The notes: generated by a model from the sequence alone, not told the origin. DNA of 32,000 bases from Candidatus Saccharimonadota bacterium (GCF_936981045.1 NZ_OW441264.1:840001-872000); one strand, 5' to 3'. Numbered from the stretch's first letter, positions 1 through 8,284 are shown. Numbers and translations are program-made.

Positions 1-611
1 TATACGATGTAAGTCAATCATTCTATTTGCGTTTAAACTTTGCAGTATAGCATACATTAGCTTAAAGCTACAGTATTTTAAGCAACCGATCTTTATTTTT
101 ATTAAAAATGTTGCTTTTTTTGATTTTTTCAAATTATAGTTGTATAATTGCTGGTATTGGTTTGCCATGGGGCTGCATTCGGATTCCTGCATTAATATTC
201 ATTCCTTGTTACAGCTTTTATATATGCTGTATGTACAGAAATACCCTTATTTTTGGCTATTCTTACTAGATTTAAAAAAGCGAAATCAGAACAAATAAGA
301 AGGTAGTATGCATATTTAATGCAGATATTACTTCTGCTTGGCAATTAAGATATATTATTAGCTGACGTAAAGATTTACATAACCATACGGTATTGAAGTC
401 TTACAAGATGGCTTTACTTGAAGTGTGGAAGCGTTTTATTGGTTATAGATTGATGGTCAATTGACAAATAGTATTGGTTGCCTGCATGTTGGCACACTTC
501 ACTTATATGCCTATGTAATATACGTTACTACTACTCATTTTTAAGAATAATCATTAAGATGATGCATATTATTTTTAATGGGATTTATATTAATTTACAC
601 CTAACTCAATC

Positions 612-2144
612 ATGTACAATATCGGAGAGCTCAATCAAAAGCTTATTTCTGAGTTACGCGAAATAGCAGAAAGATTTAAAGTTAAAAGTTATAAAACGCT
701 TTCAAAAGAGGAACTTATTTATAAAATATTGGACCAGCAAGCCCTACTTCCTGTAGGGGAGATTCCTCAAAAAAAGAATAACCAGGTGCCTATTGCACTG
801 CCGCAACCAAAGGAAGTACCCGCATCTGTATTACCAAAAAAAGGGTATGTGAAATCTAGGGCAATAGAAGCACAGGTTGAATTTAGTGTACAAGGCAAAA
901 ACAGTGAGCCCACAGAGCCAGAAAAATCAGTTGTAACTGAACGTTCTTCTATTTCGACTGTCAAAGAACCAAAGGAGTTACCCCTTTCATTTGAAAAGAG
1001 TAAAAAAGAAGCCGTTATGCTGCATAACCTGGACACCACTATTGAAGGGGAAGGCGTACTAGAGATTATGCAAGATGGCTATGGATTTTTACGTTCATCT
1101 GACTATCATTATTTAGCCAGCCCAGACGATGTCTATGTATCCCCCTCTCAAATCAAGTTATTTAATCTAAAAACAGGTGATACCATTCGTGGCAAAATAC
1201 GACCACCTAAAGAAGGGGAAAAATACTTTGCACTTTTAAAGGTAATTTATATGAATGGTGTCACCACAGAGGAGGGGCGTAATCGTATTCCCTTTGAACA
1301 TCTTACACCGCTTTTTCCACATCATAAGTTGCATATTTCCAATGGGGCCAGTCAATATTCGACACGCATTATGGATTTATTTTCTCCTATTGGTAAGGGG
1401 CAGCGTGGCATGATTGTCGCACAACCTAAGACTGGTAAAACGGTACTATTAAAAGAAATTGCCAATGCCATTGCATCTAATCATCCAGAGGTCTATTTGA
1501 TTGTTCTTTTAATTGGAGAACGTCCAGAGGAGGTGACGGATATGGCTAGGAATGTAAAAGCAGAGGTAATTGCTTCGACCTTTGATGAACAAGCTGAGCG
1601 GCACGTAAAAGTTTCTAATATTGTTTTAGAAAAGGCCAAGAGAATGGTAGAATGTAGTCGTGATGTGGTTATTTTATTGGATTCTATTACCCGATTGGCT
1701 CGGGCGCACAATACGGTTAGTCCCTCTTCTGGAAAGATACTTTCTGGTGGTATTGATGCTAATGCACTGCATAAGCCACAGCGATTTTTTGGTGCAGCCC
1801 GTAATGTGGAGAATGGGGGCTCATTGACTATTTTGGCTACCGCACTTATTGATACAGGCTCTAAAATGGATGAGGTGATTTTTGAAGAATTCAAAGGTAC
1901 GGGTAATATGGAGTTACAATTGGATCGAAAGTTGGCCAACAAACGTATCTATCCCGCTATTGATGTACCTGCTTCTGGAACAAGACATGAAGAGTTATTG
2001 ATTGGAAAAGAGGAATTGGCGCGGATCTGGATATTGCGTAATATTATGTCAGATATGAGTTCTACAGAAGCTATGGATTTTCTACTTAAGAAAATGCGGG
2101 GTACACGTAATAATGAGGAGTTTTTAGTCTCTATGAGCAATTAG
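612..2144 (+). CDS. rho: Transcription termination factor Rho, with a ~100-aa low-complexity insertion after the N-terminal helix bundle
   Basis: 510-aa ORF with ATG start. It has the CSD-like RNA-binding segment [32 protein letters not shown], Walker [19 protein letters not shown], Walker B-region [14 protein letters not shown], and C-terminal [13 protein letters not shown]. Confidence 0.95.
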   Translation: MYNIGELNQKLISELREIAERFKVKSYKTLSKEELIYKILDQQALLPVGEIPQKKNNQVPIALPQPKEVPASVLPKKGYVKSRAIEAQVEFSVQGKNSEPTEPEKSVVTERSSISTVKEPKELPLSFEKSKKEAVMLHNLDTTIEGEGVLEIMQDGYGFLRSSDYHYLASPDDVYVSPSQIKLFNLKTGDTIRGKIRPPKEGEKYFALLKVIYMNGVTTEEGRNRIPFEHLTPLFPHHKLHISNGASQYSTRIMDLFSPIGKGQRGMIVAQPKTGKTVLLKEIANAIASNHPEVYLIVLLIGERPEEVTDMARNVKAEVIASTFDEQAERHVKVSNIVLEKAKRMVECSRDVVILLDSITRLARAHNTVSPSSGKILSGGIDANALHKPQRFFGAARNVENGGSLTILATALIDTGSKMDEVIFEEFKGTGNMELQLDRKLANKRIYPAIDVPASGTRHEELLIGKEELARIWILRNIMSDMSSTEAMDFLLKKMRGTRNNEEFLVSMSN

Positions 2145-2420
2145 TTATGAGCGGCATGGCAGATAAGGAATTTGTATGCTACCTTTTCTTATGTTTAAGC
2201 AGTGTTGCCAGAAAACAGAGCGGATATAATCCTTAAGTTGGCGCCATGGTCTGAATAGACCATAGAGAGGAATGTAAGGGATTGCTTGGTCGAAACTGGT
2301 CTAATAATACTTTGCAACTCTATCAAATCAAGCTATTAGCGGTATTATGGCCGTCGATAAAGGAATTTGGCCGTATAGCAAGGGACTATACCAACAGTCT
2401 ATAAGTAGGGTTGCAATAAA

Positions 2421-3176
2421 ATGTATTCCATTAAGCCCCATTACCAGCTGAACAGATACAAAAACAGCATGAAGCAGATAACGCCTATTAGGATGATTTG
2501 GTGTGAAAATAAGTTGTTTTTTTACCTGCTTACTGCCCTATTCATCATCGGAATCTTTCCCTTGTTCGTGTTGGATAAAGTTGCTTTTTTGATATTCCTC
2601 AAGCAGTGGCACGATCCTGTGGTAGATTGTATAGCGCCTTATTTGACCTGGTTAGGTGATGGAGTTACTTATATATGTCTTCTATGGATGGTTGCCTTGT
2701 TGTGTGCAAGTTGTAGAAAGATTATCATTATGGGGGGTAGTTTTGTCTGTATGTCTATTGTAGTGCAATTATTAAAGCGTGCTTTTTTTATGCATAGGTT
2801 AAGGCCCATAGCCTTGCTCCCTGTAGGTGAATCCTTACACCTAGTAGAGGGAGTACCCTTATTAAGGGATTTAAGTTTCCCTTCAGGTCACTCGGCTACT
2901 ATCTTTCTGTTGATATCTGTTATACAGCTATTGTCTGAAAGCAAAAATAAAATCTATAGTGTCATCTTATTAGGGCTTGCCCTAACGGTTGCCTACTCAA
3001 GAATGTATCTTTGCCAGCATTTCTACACAGATGTCTATGTAGGTGCTTGGATTGGTACAGTTGCTGCTGTGATAGTATATATAGCTCTTGCCCATTTGAA
3101 TGGACCAGACTGGTTGGATCGTTCTATCTATTGTTTAATATATACGCATGGAAAAGGGTTCCCGATTAAAAAATAG
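2421..3176 (+). CDS. PAP2-superfamily membrane phosphatase (lipid phosphate, undecaprenyl-PP or lipid A phosphatase type)
   Basis: 251-aa hydrophobic ORF with PAP2 motifs PSGHSA and SRMYLCQHFYTD (SRx5Hx3D), plus an upstream K..RLRP motif. The true start may be an internal Met (M17 or M25). The 3' end overlaps the next gene by 29 nt. Confidence 0.8.
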   Translation: MYSIKPHYQLNRYKNSMKQITPIRMIWCENKLFFYLLTALFIIGIFPLFVLDKVAFLIFLKQWHDPVVDCIAPYLTWLGDGVTYICLLWMVALLCASCRKIIIMGGSFVCMSIVVQLLKRAFFMHRLRPIALLPVGESLHLVEGVPLLRDLSFPSGHSATIFLLISVIQLLSESKNKIYSVILLGLALTVAYSRMYLCQHFYTDVYVGAWIGTVAAVIVYIALAHLNGPDWLDRSIYCLIYTHGKGFPIKK

Positions 3177-4878
3177 TACAGTTGCTTATTTTTTAGTGGG
3201 CTTTGGATCTATTTTTGCCTGGGGCATAGGAGCGGTGCATCTATTTGATTTAGATGAGCTCTATTTTGCTGAGATTACTAGAGAGATGATGCGTACTGGC
3301 TGGTATGGTCAAGTGACCTTTAATTTTGAACCCCTCTATGAAAAACCGCCGCTTTTCTTTTGGCTACAAGCGGCTAGCATGCACCTCTGGGGCATTAATG
3401 AGATTGGTGCGCGCTTTCCTAATGGTGTGTGTGGGTTATTCACACTTGCAACGATATACTACATCGGTAAACACTACAAGGGGAGATGGTTTGGCTTTTT
3501 ATGGATGTGCTTGTATGCAACTGCTTTTTTGCCTCATTTTTACTTTAAATCAGGTATTATAGATCCTTTTTTTAATTATTTTTTGCTGTTGGCCATCTAT
3601 TTTTTATCACGTACAGTTACGTTATCCAAAGCATCGCTGTATGGCGGGCTATCTATAGGTTGTGCGTTATTGTCCAAAGGACCTATGGCGCTTATCATAC
3701 CACTGGCTACCTTATCCTTATCTTACACTTGGTTTAGGGGAAGGGTGGTGCGGCCGCTCATTTTAGCTATGTTGGTAGCAACAGTAGTCCTATCCTGTTG
3801 GCTTGTTCCAGAAATTTACTCTAATGGATCTAGGTTTATTAAAGAACTTTGGGCCTACCATTTATTGCTCTATCATCACCCTGTTGATACCCATGCACAA
3901 CCTTGGTACTATCACTATCTAGTACTTTTTTGGGGATGCTTTCCAAGCTCCCTGTTTGCGATGCACTTTTTAAAAGAAAAAAGGTTGATCCAGAACCATT
4001 ATTTTGCAGCTAATATGCAAGCTTTACTGGTGGTCGTCTTACTGATTTTTACGTTGGTGGGTACCAAAATTGTCCATTATAGCGCTATGGCCTATTTCCC
4101 TATAACCTTTTTTGCAGCTGATTTTTTCTATGAATGGATTTACAATAGAAAATATATCCATCCAAGGATAGGAGGGGTGTTTGTAGCCATGGGTGTAGTG
4201 ATAGGTAGCGTTTTAGCCATTATGCCTTGGGTAATGCTACATAAAGCTGCATGGGTTCCCCTTATTAAAAATCAAGTTATAAAAGATGCCTTCGAACTAT
4301 CTGTTATATGGAACTATTGGGATAGCATGCCAGGTTTGATCTATATCATAGGTATAGGTATCGCCTACTATTACTTTTTGCAGTTTCGTTTGGTTCCTTT
4401 TATGGTAGCCTTTATGTGCATCAATATTTGCACATTGGCATTATTTTGCATGCGTATTGCACCTAAGGTAGAAGCTTATACGCAAAAAGAAATGGTTGAT
4501 TTTTGTAAAGCATGCAAAGGAAAGGATCTATACCTTACTACCATTGGTTTTAAATCAGCTGCACCTCTTTTCTATGCCGATCAACCCAAAAGCTTAAAGC
4601 GACCAGATATAGCCTGGCTATTGGAAGGGGCTATTGACAAGCCTTGTTTGTTTATTTTATACAAAAGCAATAGCGCACTTTTGGAACCCTATAAAGATAT
4701 TACTTATATAAAAGATGCCGGCTGTTTTGCATTTTATAAACGGTTACCTAAAGTATCCGTAGCGCATCAAAACCAAGCAGTTTCCAAGACCCAGGTGCTG
4801 CAACAGAAGCCAAATTATTACCTTATTTTAAAGGCTATTGTTTTTCAGCAGAAGTCATCCTGTTATTTGTCTAGATGA
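3148..4878 (+). CDS. GT39/ArnT-like (GT-C fold) polyprenyl-phosphate-dependent glycosyltransferase. The last ~20 codons are read from an IS6 remnant.
   Basis: 576-aa polytopic membrane ORF. The N-terminal signature DLDELYFAEITREM...YEKPPLFFWL is typical of ArnT/PMT-family enzymes. From about nt 4814 the DNA is homologous to the 5' part of the IS6 transposase gene read in another frame. Confidence 0.8.
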   Translation: MEKGSRLKNSTVAYFLVGFGSIFAWGIGAVHLFDLDELYFAEITREMMRTGWYGQVTFNFEPLYEKPPLFFWLQAASMHLWGINEIGARFPNGVCGLFTLATIYYIGKHYKGRWFGFLWMCLYATAFLPHFYFKSGIIDPFFNYFLLLAIYFLSRTVTLSKASLYGGLSIGCALLSKGPMALIIPLATLSLSYTWFRGRVVRPLILAMLVATVVLSCWLVPEIYSNGSRFIKELWAYHLLLYHHPVDTHAQPWYYHYLVLFWGCFPSSLFAMHFLKEKRLIQNHYFAANMQALLVVVLLIFTLVGTKIVHYSAMAYFPITFFAADFFYEWIYNRKYIHPRIGGVFVAMGVVIGSVLAIMPWVMLHKAAWVPLIKNQVIKDAFELSVIWNYWDSMPGLIYIIGIGIAYYYFLQFRLVPFMVAFMCINICTLALFCMRIAPKVEAYTQKEMVDFCKACKGKDLYLTTIGFKSAAPLFYADQPKSLKRPDIAWLLEGAIDKPCLFILYKSNSALLEPYKDITYIKDAGCFAFYKRLPKVSVAHQNQAVSKTQVLQQKPNYYLILKAIVFQQKSSCYLSR

Positions 4879-4961
4879 AGTGTCGTTTTTCCTTGAGCTA
4901 TAGAGATTTGGAAGAGATGATGCGTATGAGAGGCGCAAGAGTTGATCATGCTATGCTACAA
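4814..4961 (+). mobile_element. IS6-family fragment: about 150 bp of the transposase 5' region, with no IR
   Basis: Aligns by eye to nt ~60-210 of the intact copies (..ttattaccatattttaaaggttattg..gaagtcatcctgttatttgt..atgaagtgtcgtttttccttgagctatagagatttggaagagatgatgcgtatgagaggcgcaagagttgatcat) with scattered substitutions. It is truncated on both sides. Confidence 0.85.
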
Positions 4962-5159
4962 ACGTGGGTTCGGGATTTATGTGACTGATTTACAACAATT
5001 TAATATCAATTATTTAGTTAATATTTGCACCTATTTAACAAGTTTTTATATCTAATTTTATAAATATAATATATATAATAAACTGATTATCAGAATTATT
5101 TGTTATTCAACTACCTATTTAACTGTCTATAAAACAAATTTTATAAATTTTTATTAATA
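4962..5159 (+). repeat. Left arm of the 198-bp inverted repeat
   Basis: Direct comparison with the reverse complement of 5879-6076. Confidence 0.9.
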
Positions 5160-5164
5160 ACCTC

Positions 5165-5836
5165 AGTTCGGGATTAGACGTATTGTGAACCAGTCATATA
5201 TATATTAGTTATAGAAGGTTTTTTCTCTTTTAGTGCATAAGCTGTAATTCCAGTTATCAAATTGACTAGAAAATTAGGTATGCTTCTATGCCTGGAATGT
5301 TCTATCTGGCTAATATTTTTGAGATGATCTATAATAGTTTCAATTATAGATCGTTTTCTAAGCATCAGTTTATCCTAGAGTGGCATAAAAGCATTTTTCA
5401 TATTTTTTCTGATTTAGGTAATGAGTTCCACGCCTTTCTCGATCAGTTTTTCAAATAAATCTTTGCTTATGTAACCTTTATCGGCAAACATTTTACCCAT
5501 GAAGTGTTTACATAAATTTTCTACAGGAAGCCTATCATTAGTTTTACCTGTGGTCAGTTGAAAATTCATAATTTCTCCTAAATCATTGACTATCAAGTGC
5601 AACTTTAATCCAAAAAACCAACCGGTGCTGGTTTTACCTTTAGTAGCAATCGATTTAAAAACCCTGTGCGTATAGGCTCTTTTGATATGGAAAACCTTGA
5701 TGGCTGTTGCATCCATAAAATAACAACCTGTTTTTGTTTTAGAAAGACTTTGTGTAAAACAGTACAAGGGAACTAACGTTCTTTGGATCAGTTCTATAAA
5801 TCTATTGTAGCTTACTAACTTTCCAATTTCATTCTA
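5165..5836 (-). pseudogene. IS982-family transposase pseudogene: 5' ~310 bp deleted, plus two in-frame stops
   Basis: ORFs 5414-5767 and 5174-5365 are in the same frame and separated by TAA and TAG (..[30 protein letters not shown]..). The motifs DATAIKV.HIKR, KGKTSTGWFFGLKLHLIVND, ADKGYIS and HSRHRS are IS982-like. The terminal CTAATCCCGAACT (minus strand) overlaps the stop codon at 5165-5177. Confidence 0.85.
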
Positions 5837-5878
5837 ACGTGAGTTCGGGATTAGATTATTTTTTCATTTGATAATCAA

Positions 5879-6076
5879 TATTAATAAAAATTTATAAAAT
5901 TTGTTTTATAGACAGTTAAATAGGTAGTTGAATAACAAATAATTCTGATAATCAGTTTATTATATATATTATATTTATAAAATTAGATATAAAAACTTAT
6001 TAAATAGGTGCAAATATTAACTAAATAATTGATATTAAATTGTTGTAAATCAGTCACATAAATCCCGAACCCACGT
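5879..6076 (-). repeat. Right arm of the 198-bp inverted repeat
   Basis: Direct comparison with the reverse complement of 4962-5159. Confidence 0.9.
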
Positions 6077-6191
6077 GATAAGGTTGTTTTGATCTAAGTT
6101 AGGCAGAATAGCCCCAAAAAGAGCGTTATTGTACCTCCAATCTCACCAGGCTGAACAGAAAATAAAAGGCAAGAAAAACAAGAATGGATAT

Positions 6192-6234
6192 AAAAAAAGG
6201 ACCAACCCTCAAAAATGGATGAGAGCTGGCCTTT
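6192..6234 (-). terminator. Rho-independent terminator downstream of the helicase gene
   Basis: The minus-strand RNA reads AAAGGCCAGCUCUCA-UCCAUUUU-UGAGGGUUGGUCCUUU followed by a U7 run. The stem is about 15 bp with one bulge, about 30 nt after the stop codon. Confidence 0.65.
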
Positions 6235-6263
6235 ACATAAAACAGGTTTAGCAAGCTAAATGC

Positions 6264-7433
6264 TTAACCTGAAAAACCACGCCTAAAAGGACGAGACCTA
6301 AACCGATTAAAATGTGAACTTTTCCTAAATGGACTCCGCTCTTCTTTTTCTACTGGCTCGTTATGAATAATACGCCAGAGTCTCTTTTCTTGAGGAGAAG
6401 AAATCATAGATAAAGCAAATCCTGTTGCACCAGCTCTACCCGTTCTACCTATTCTATGGGTATAATCTTCAGCAGCTTGCGGAAAATCATAATTGATTAC
6501 ATGTTTAATATGATCAATATCTAATCCCCTTGCAGCCACATCAGTTGCCACAATAATAGAATACTGCTTGTTTCTAAAGTCCTTGATTACCTGCTTTCGT
6601 TGGTGTTGTTTTAATCCACCATGAATCGCGCGAACCTTAAAACTTGCTTGTTGCAATTGATAACTGATACTGTCAGCCTTTACTTGCGTTTTTACAAAGA
6701 TAATCACAGAACCTTCCCGTTGACTAAGCTGCTCCAATAAGACTTGAAACTTTCCTGATTCTGGCGCATAAAGGAATTCTTCTTGAATATTTTTGGACTC
6801 ACTATTTAAAATTTCCACATTAATCCGTGCTGGTTGTTTTAAATAGGATCCAGCTAAACGCTCAATATTCCTATCCAAAGTAGCCGAAAACATTAAAGTT
6901 TGCCGCTCCATTGGCAAACGTTTAATAATCTTATCTATCTGAATAGAGAAACCCATATCTAGCATTCGGTCAATCTCATCCAATACCAAAAAGGTAGTGT
7001 TATGAAAACACAACGAACCCCTACATAAATGATCTTCCACACGGCCAGGTGTACCTACAATGATGTTGGGATTTGCACGCAAACGCATTAACTGCTTCCC
7101 AATAGGCTCCCCTCCTATTAACAACACCGTACGTAAATGCTTACAGCCACTCACCATGCTTGACATAACACCTGCTACTTGCTCAGCAAGCTCTCGTGTA
7201 GGCGCTAATACCAATACGCTGGCAGCAGGGCAATGCATAAGCTGCGCAACTACAGGTATAGAAAAGGCGGCTGTCTTTCCGCTACCTGTTTTAGAAGAAC
7301 CCAAAATATCTTGACCGGTTAAGGCTACTGGAATTACTTGATCTTGAATAGCAGTAGGGTGGTCATACTGCATCCTTGCCAACGCTCCTAATAGAGCTGA
7401 TGGCAGATTATATTTCTGAAAAGTATTACTCAA
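6264..7433 (-). CDS. DEAD-box ATP-dependent RNA helicase (RhlE-like). Motif II is DEID and the C-terminal tail is basic and R/F-rich.
   Basis: 389-aa ORF. Motifs: Q-motif F..PTAIQ, motif I SKTGSGKT, Ia PTRELA, II VLDEIDRMLDMGF, III SAT, VI HRIGRTGRAG. Tail is RSPFRKSSHFNRFRSRPFRRGFSG. There is no in-frame ATG upstream of the Q motif, so the start is probably TTG at 7433. Confidence 0.9.
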   Translation of the reverse strand: MSNTFQKYNLPSALLGALARMQYDHPTAIQDQVIPVALTGQDILGSSKTGSGKTAAFSIPVVAQLMHCPAASVLVLAPTRELAEQVAGVMSSMVSGCKHLRTVLLIGGEPIGKQLMRLRANPNIIVGTPGRVEDHLCRGSLCFHNTTFLVLDEIDRMLDMGFSIQIDKIIKRLPMERQTLMFSATLDRNIERLAGSYLKQPARINVEILNSESKNIQEEFLYAPESGKFQVLLEQLSQREGSVIIFVKTQVKADSISYQLQQASFKVRAIHGGLKQHQRKQVIKDFRNKQYSIIVATDVAARGLDIDHIKHVINYDFPQAAEDYTHRIGRTGRAGATGFALSMISSPQEKRLWRIIHNEPVEKEERSPFRKSSHFNRFRSRPFRRGFSG

Positions 7434-7451
7434 AGTACAATATTAAAATTT

Positions 7452-7487
7452 AAAAAGTTCTTGATGTGTTATTCACACATCAAGAAC
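7452..7487 (-). terminator. Rho-independent terminator overlapping the last codons of the cold-shock gene
   Basis: Perfect 13-bp stem gttcttgatgtgt/acacatcaagaac (7457-7469 / 7475-7487) with a 5-nt loop. On the minus-strand RNA it is followed by UUUUUAAAUUUU. Confidence 0.7.
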
Positions 7488-7679
7488 TCTAATGTTACTA
7501 GCTACCTCCTTACCTCTATCACTGGTGATTTCAAAATACACCGATTGACCGTGGTCTATCATGCTTACTCTAGACGCCACAAGTGCACTTATATGCACAA
7601 AAACATCCTTACCTCCATTTACTGGTTTGATAAACCCATAACCTTTGGCTGGGTCAAACCATTTTACTACTCCTTCCAT
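7473..7679 (-). CDS. Cold-shock protein, CspA family
   Basis: Contains MEGVVKWFDPAKGYGFI (RNP1-like KGYGFI) and DVFVHISAL (RNP2-like). I place the start at the ATG at 7679, not at the TTG at 7688 used by the ORF track. Confidence 0.9.
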   Translation of the reverse strand: MEGVVKWFDPAKGYGFIKPVNGGKDVFVHISALVASRVSMIDHGQSVYFEITSDRGKEVASNIRVLDV

Positions 7680-7935
7680 AGGAAACAAAAAAACTATATT
7701 AAAAAATTAGACTCCAAGCGCCCTAACCTACCTTTACTTATATAAACCGTTAAACGAGCAACCTATAAGCAGTTTGGCTCAAGGTTGGAATAAAAAAACG
7801 CTGGCCACAAGTTAAAATTTTTTATTCAAAAAAGAAAACTTTCCTTGCCAAAAAATTAAACGGATAGGCTTGAACAGATAGCGCTTCAATCTTGACTTGC
7901 ACTGCTCTAATCTACCGCTATAACCAAACAAAACG

Positions 7936-8157
7936 GGTTCTGTCGCTTCTATATTTTCGTTAGTAACGTCTTTTCTTTTAAGTGAAGTTTTGGATATATA
8001 TTGGTTATTATTCGGCCATTAGCATAACAAAATTCTCAAAAGTAGAAAGATGATTTTTAGCTCCGATTACTTGTCCTTTTTGAATCATAGGAATGTTTTC
8101 TATCTCTACAATGGTCTAGAGTAAAGAAATGGTTGGACCACTTAAAATTAAGCATAT
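7936..8157 (-). mobile_element. IS6-family variant-B fragment: terminal IR plus the last ~50 codons, frameshifted
   Basis: Starts GGTTCTGTCGCTTCTATATTTTCGTTAGTAACG. It encodes ..IENIPMIQKGQVIGAKNHLSTFENFVMLMAE*, related to but distinct from the main IS6 copies. The same variant end occurs at 15974. The inner boundary is approximate. Confidence 0.75.
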
Positions 8158-8232
8158 CTATTGCTTCCGATTGCTCGCAATACAGTAACTGACTAACTTT
8201 ATTCTTCATTGTTTACCCATTCCCTTCTCATC

Positions 8233-8265
8233 CCACCGTACGTTCAGTTTTCCCGAATACGGCGG
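8233..8265 (-). ncRNA. Group II intron domain V-like hairpin (probable relic of an intron 3' end)
   Basis: The minus strand reads CCGCCGUAU-UCGG-GAAAA-CUGA-AC-GUACGGUGG. The canonical DV is GAGCCGUAU-GCGAU-GAAA-GUCGC-AC-GUACGGUUC. The 9-bp lower stem is the same, with G-U wobbles at the same two positions, the AC bulge and a GAAA-type loop; the triad is CGC instead of AGC. I could not recognise a convincing domain VI. Confidence 0.45.
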
Positions 8266-8284
8266 TCCGACAGTCTTCTTACCT

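Larger units (their letters stand above)
4962..6076. mobile_element. Foldback-type composite: two 198-bp inverted arms enclosing a dead IS982-family copy
   Basis: 4962-5159 is the reverse complement of 5879-6076. I see a single mismatch, C versus T near 5039/5999. Both outer tips read ACGTGGGTTCGGGATTT, which resembles the IS982 terminus GAGTTCGGGATTAG. Confidence 0.8.

Noticed and set aside
478-666. A 62-aa ORF overlapping the rho start.
   Set aside because: It is AT-rich and low-complexity, and it overlaps the well-supported rho start codon. It has no motifs.
767-2140. Antisense ORFs inside rho: 767-1039, 1493-1942 and 1949-2140.
   Set aside because: These are shadow ORFs opposite a strongly supported gene. 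They are low-complexity and have no recognisable motifs.
2145-2420. The rho-PAP2 intergenic region, with a small hairpin (atggtct-gaat-agaccat), considered as a possible ncRNA or terminator.
   Set aside because: There is no trailing T-run, no tRNA-like or known riboswitch features that I can recognise, and no repeat elsewhere in the window. It cannot be supported from sequence alone.
5823-5836. An apparent 13-nt inverted segment (caatttcattcta) suggesting a micro-inversion between the two IS982 copies.
   Set aside because: On closer alignment this is explained by an imperfect local palindrome around CTAG in the IS982 sequence. Homology between the copies simply ends here, at the junction with the ACGTGAGTTCGGGATTAG end.
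7461-7745. A 94-aa + strand ORF covering the cold-shock gene region.
   Set aside because: It is antisense to an unmistakable CspA-family ORF. Its sequence is low-complexity and begins inside the terminator hairpin.
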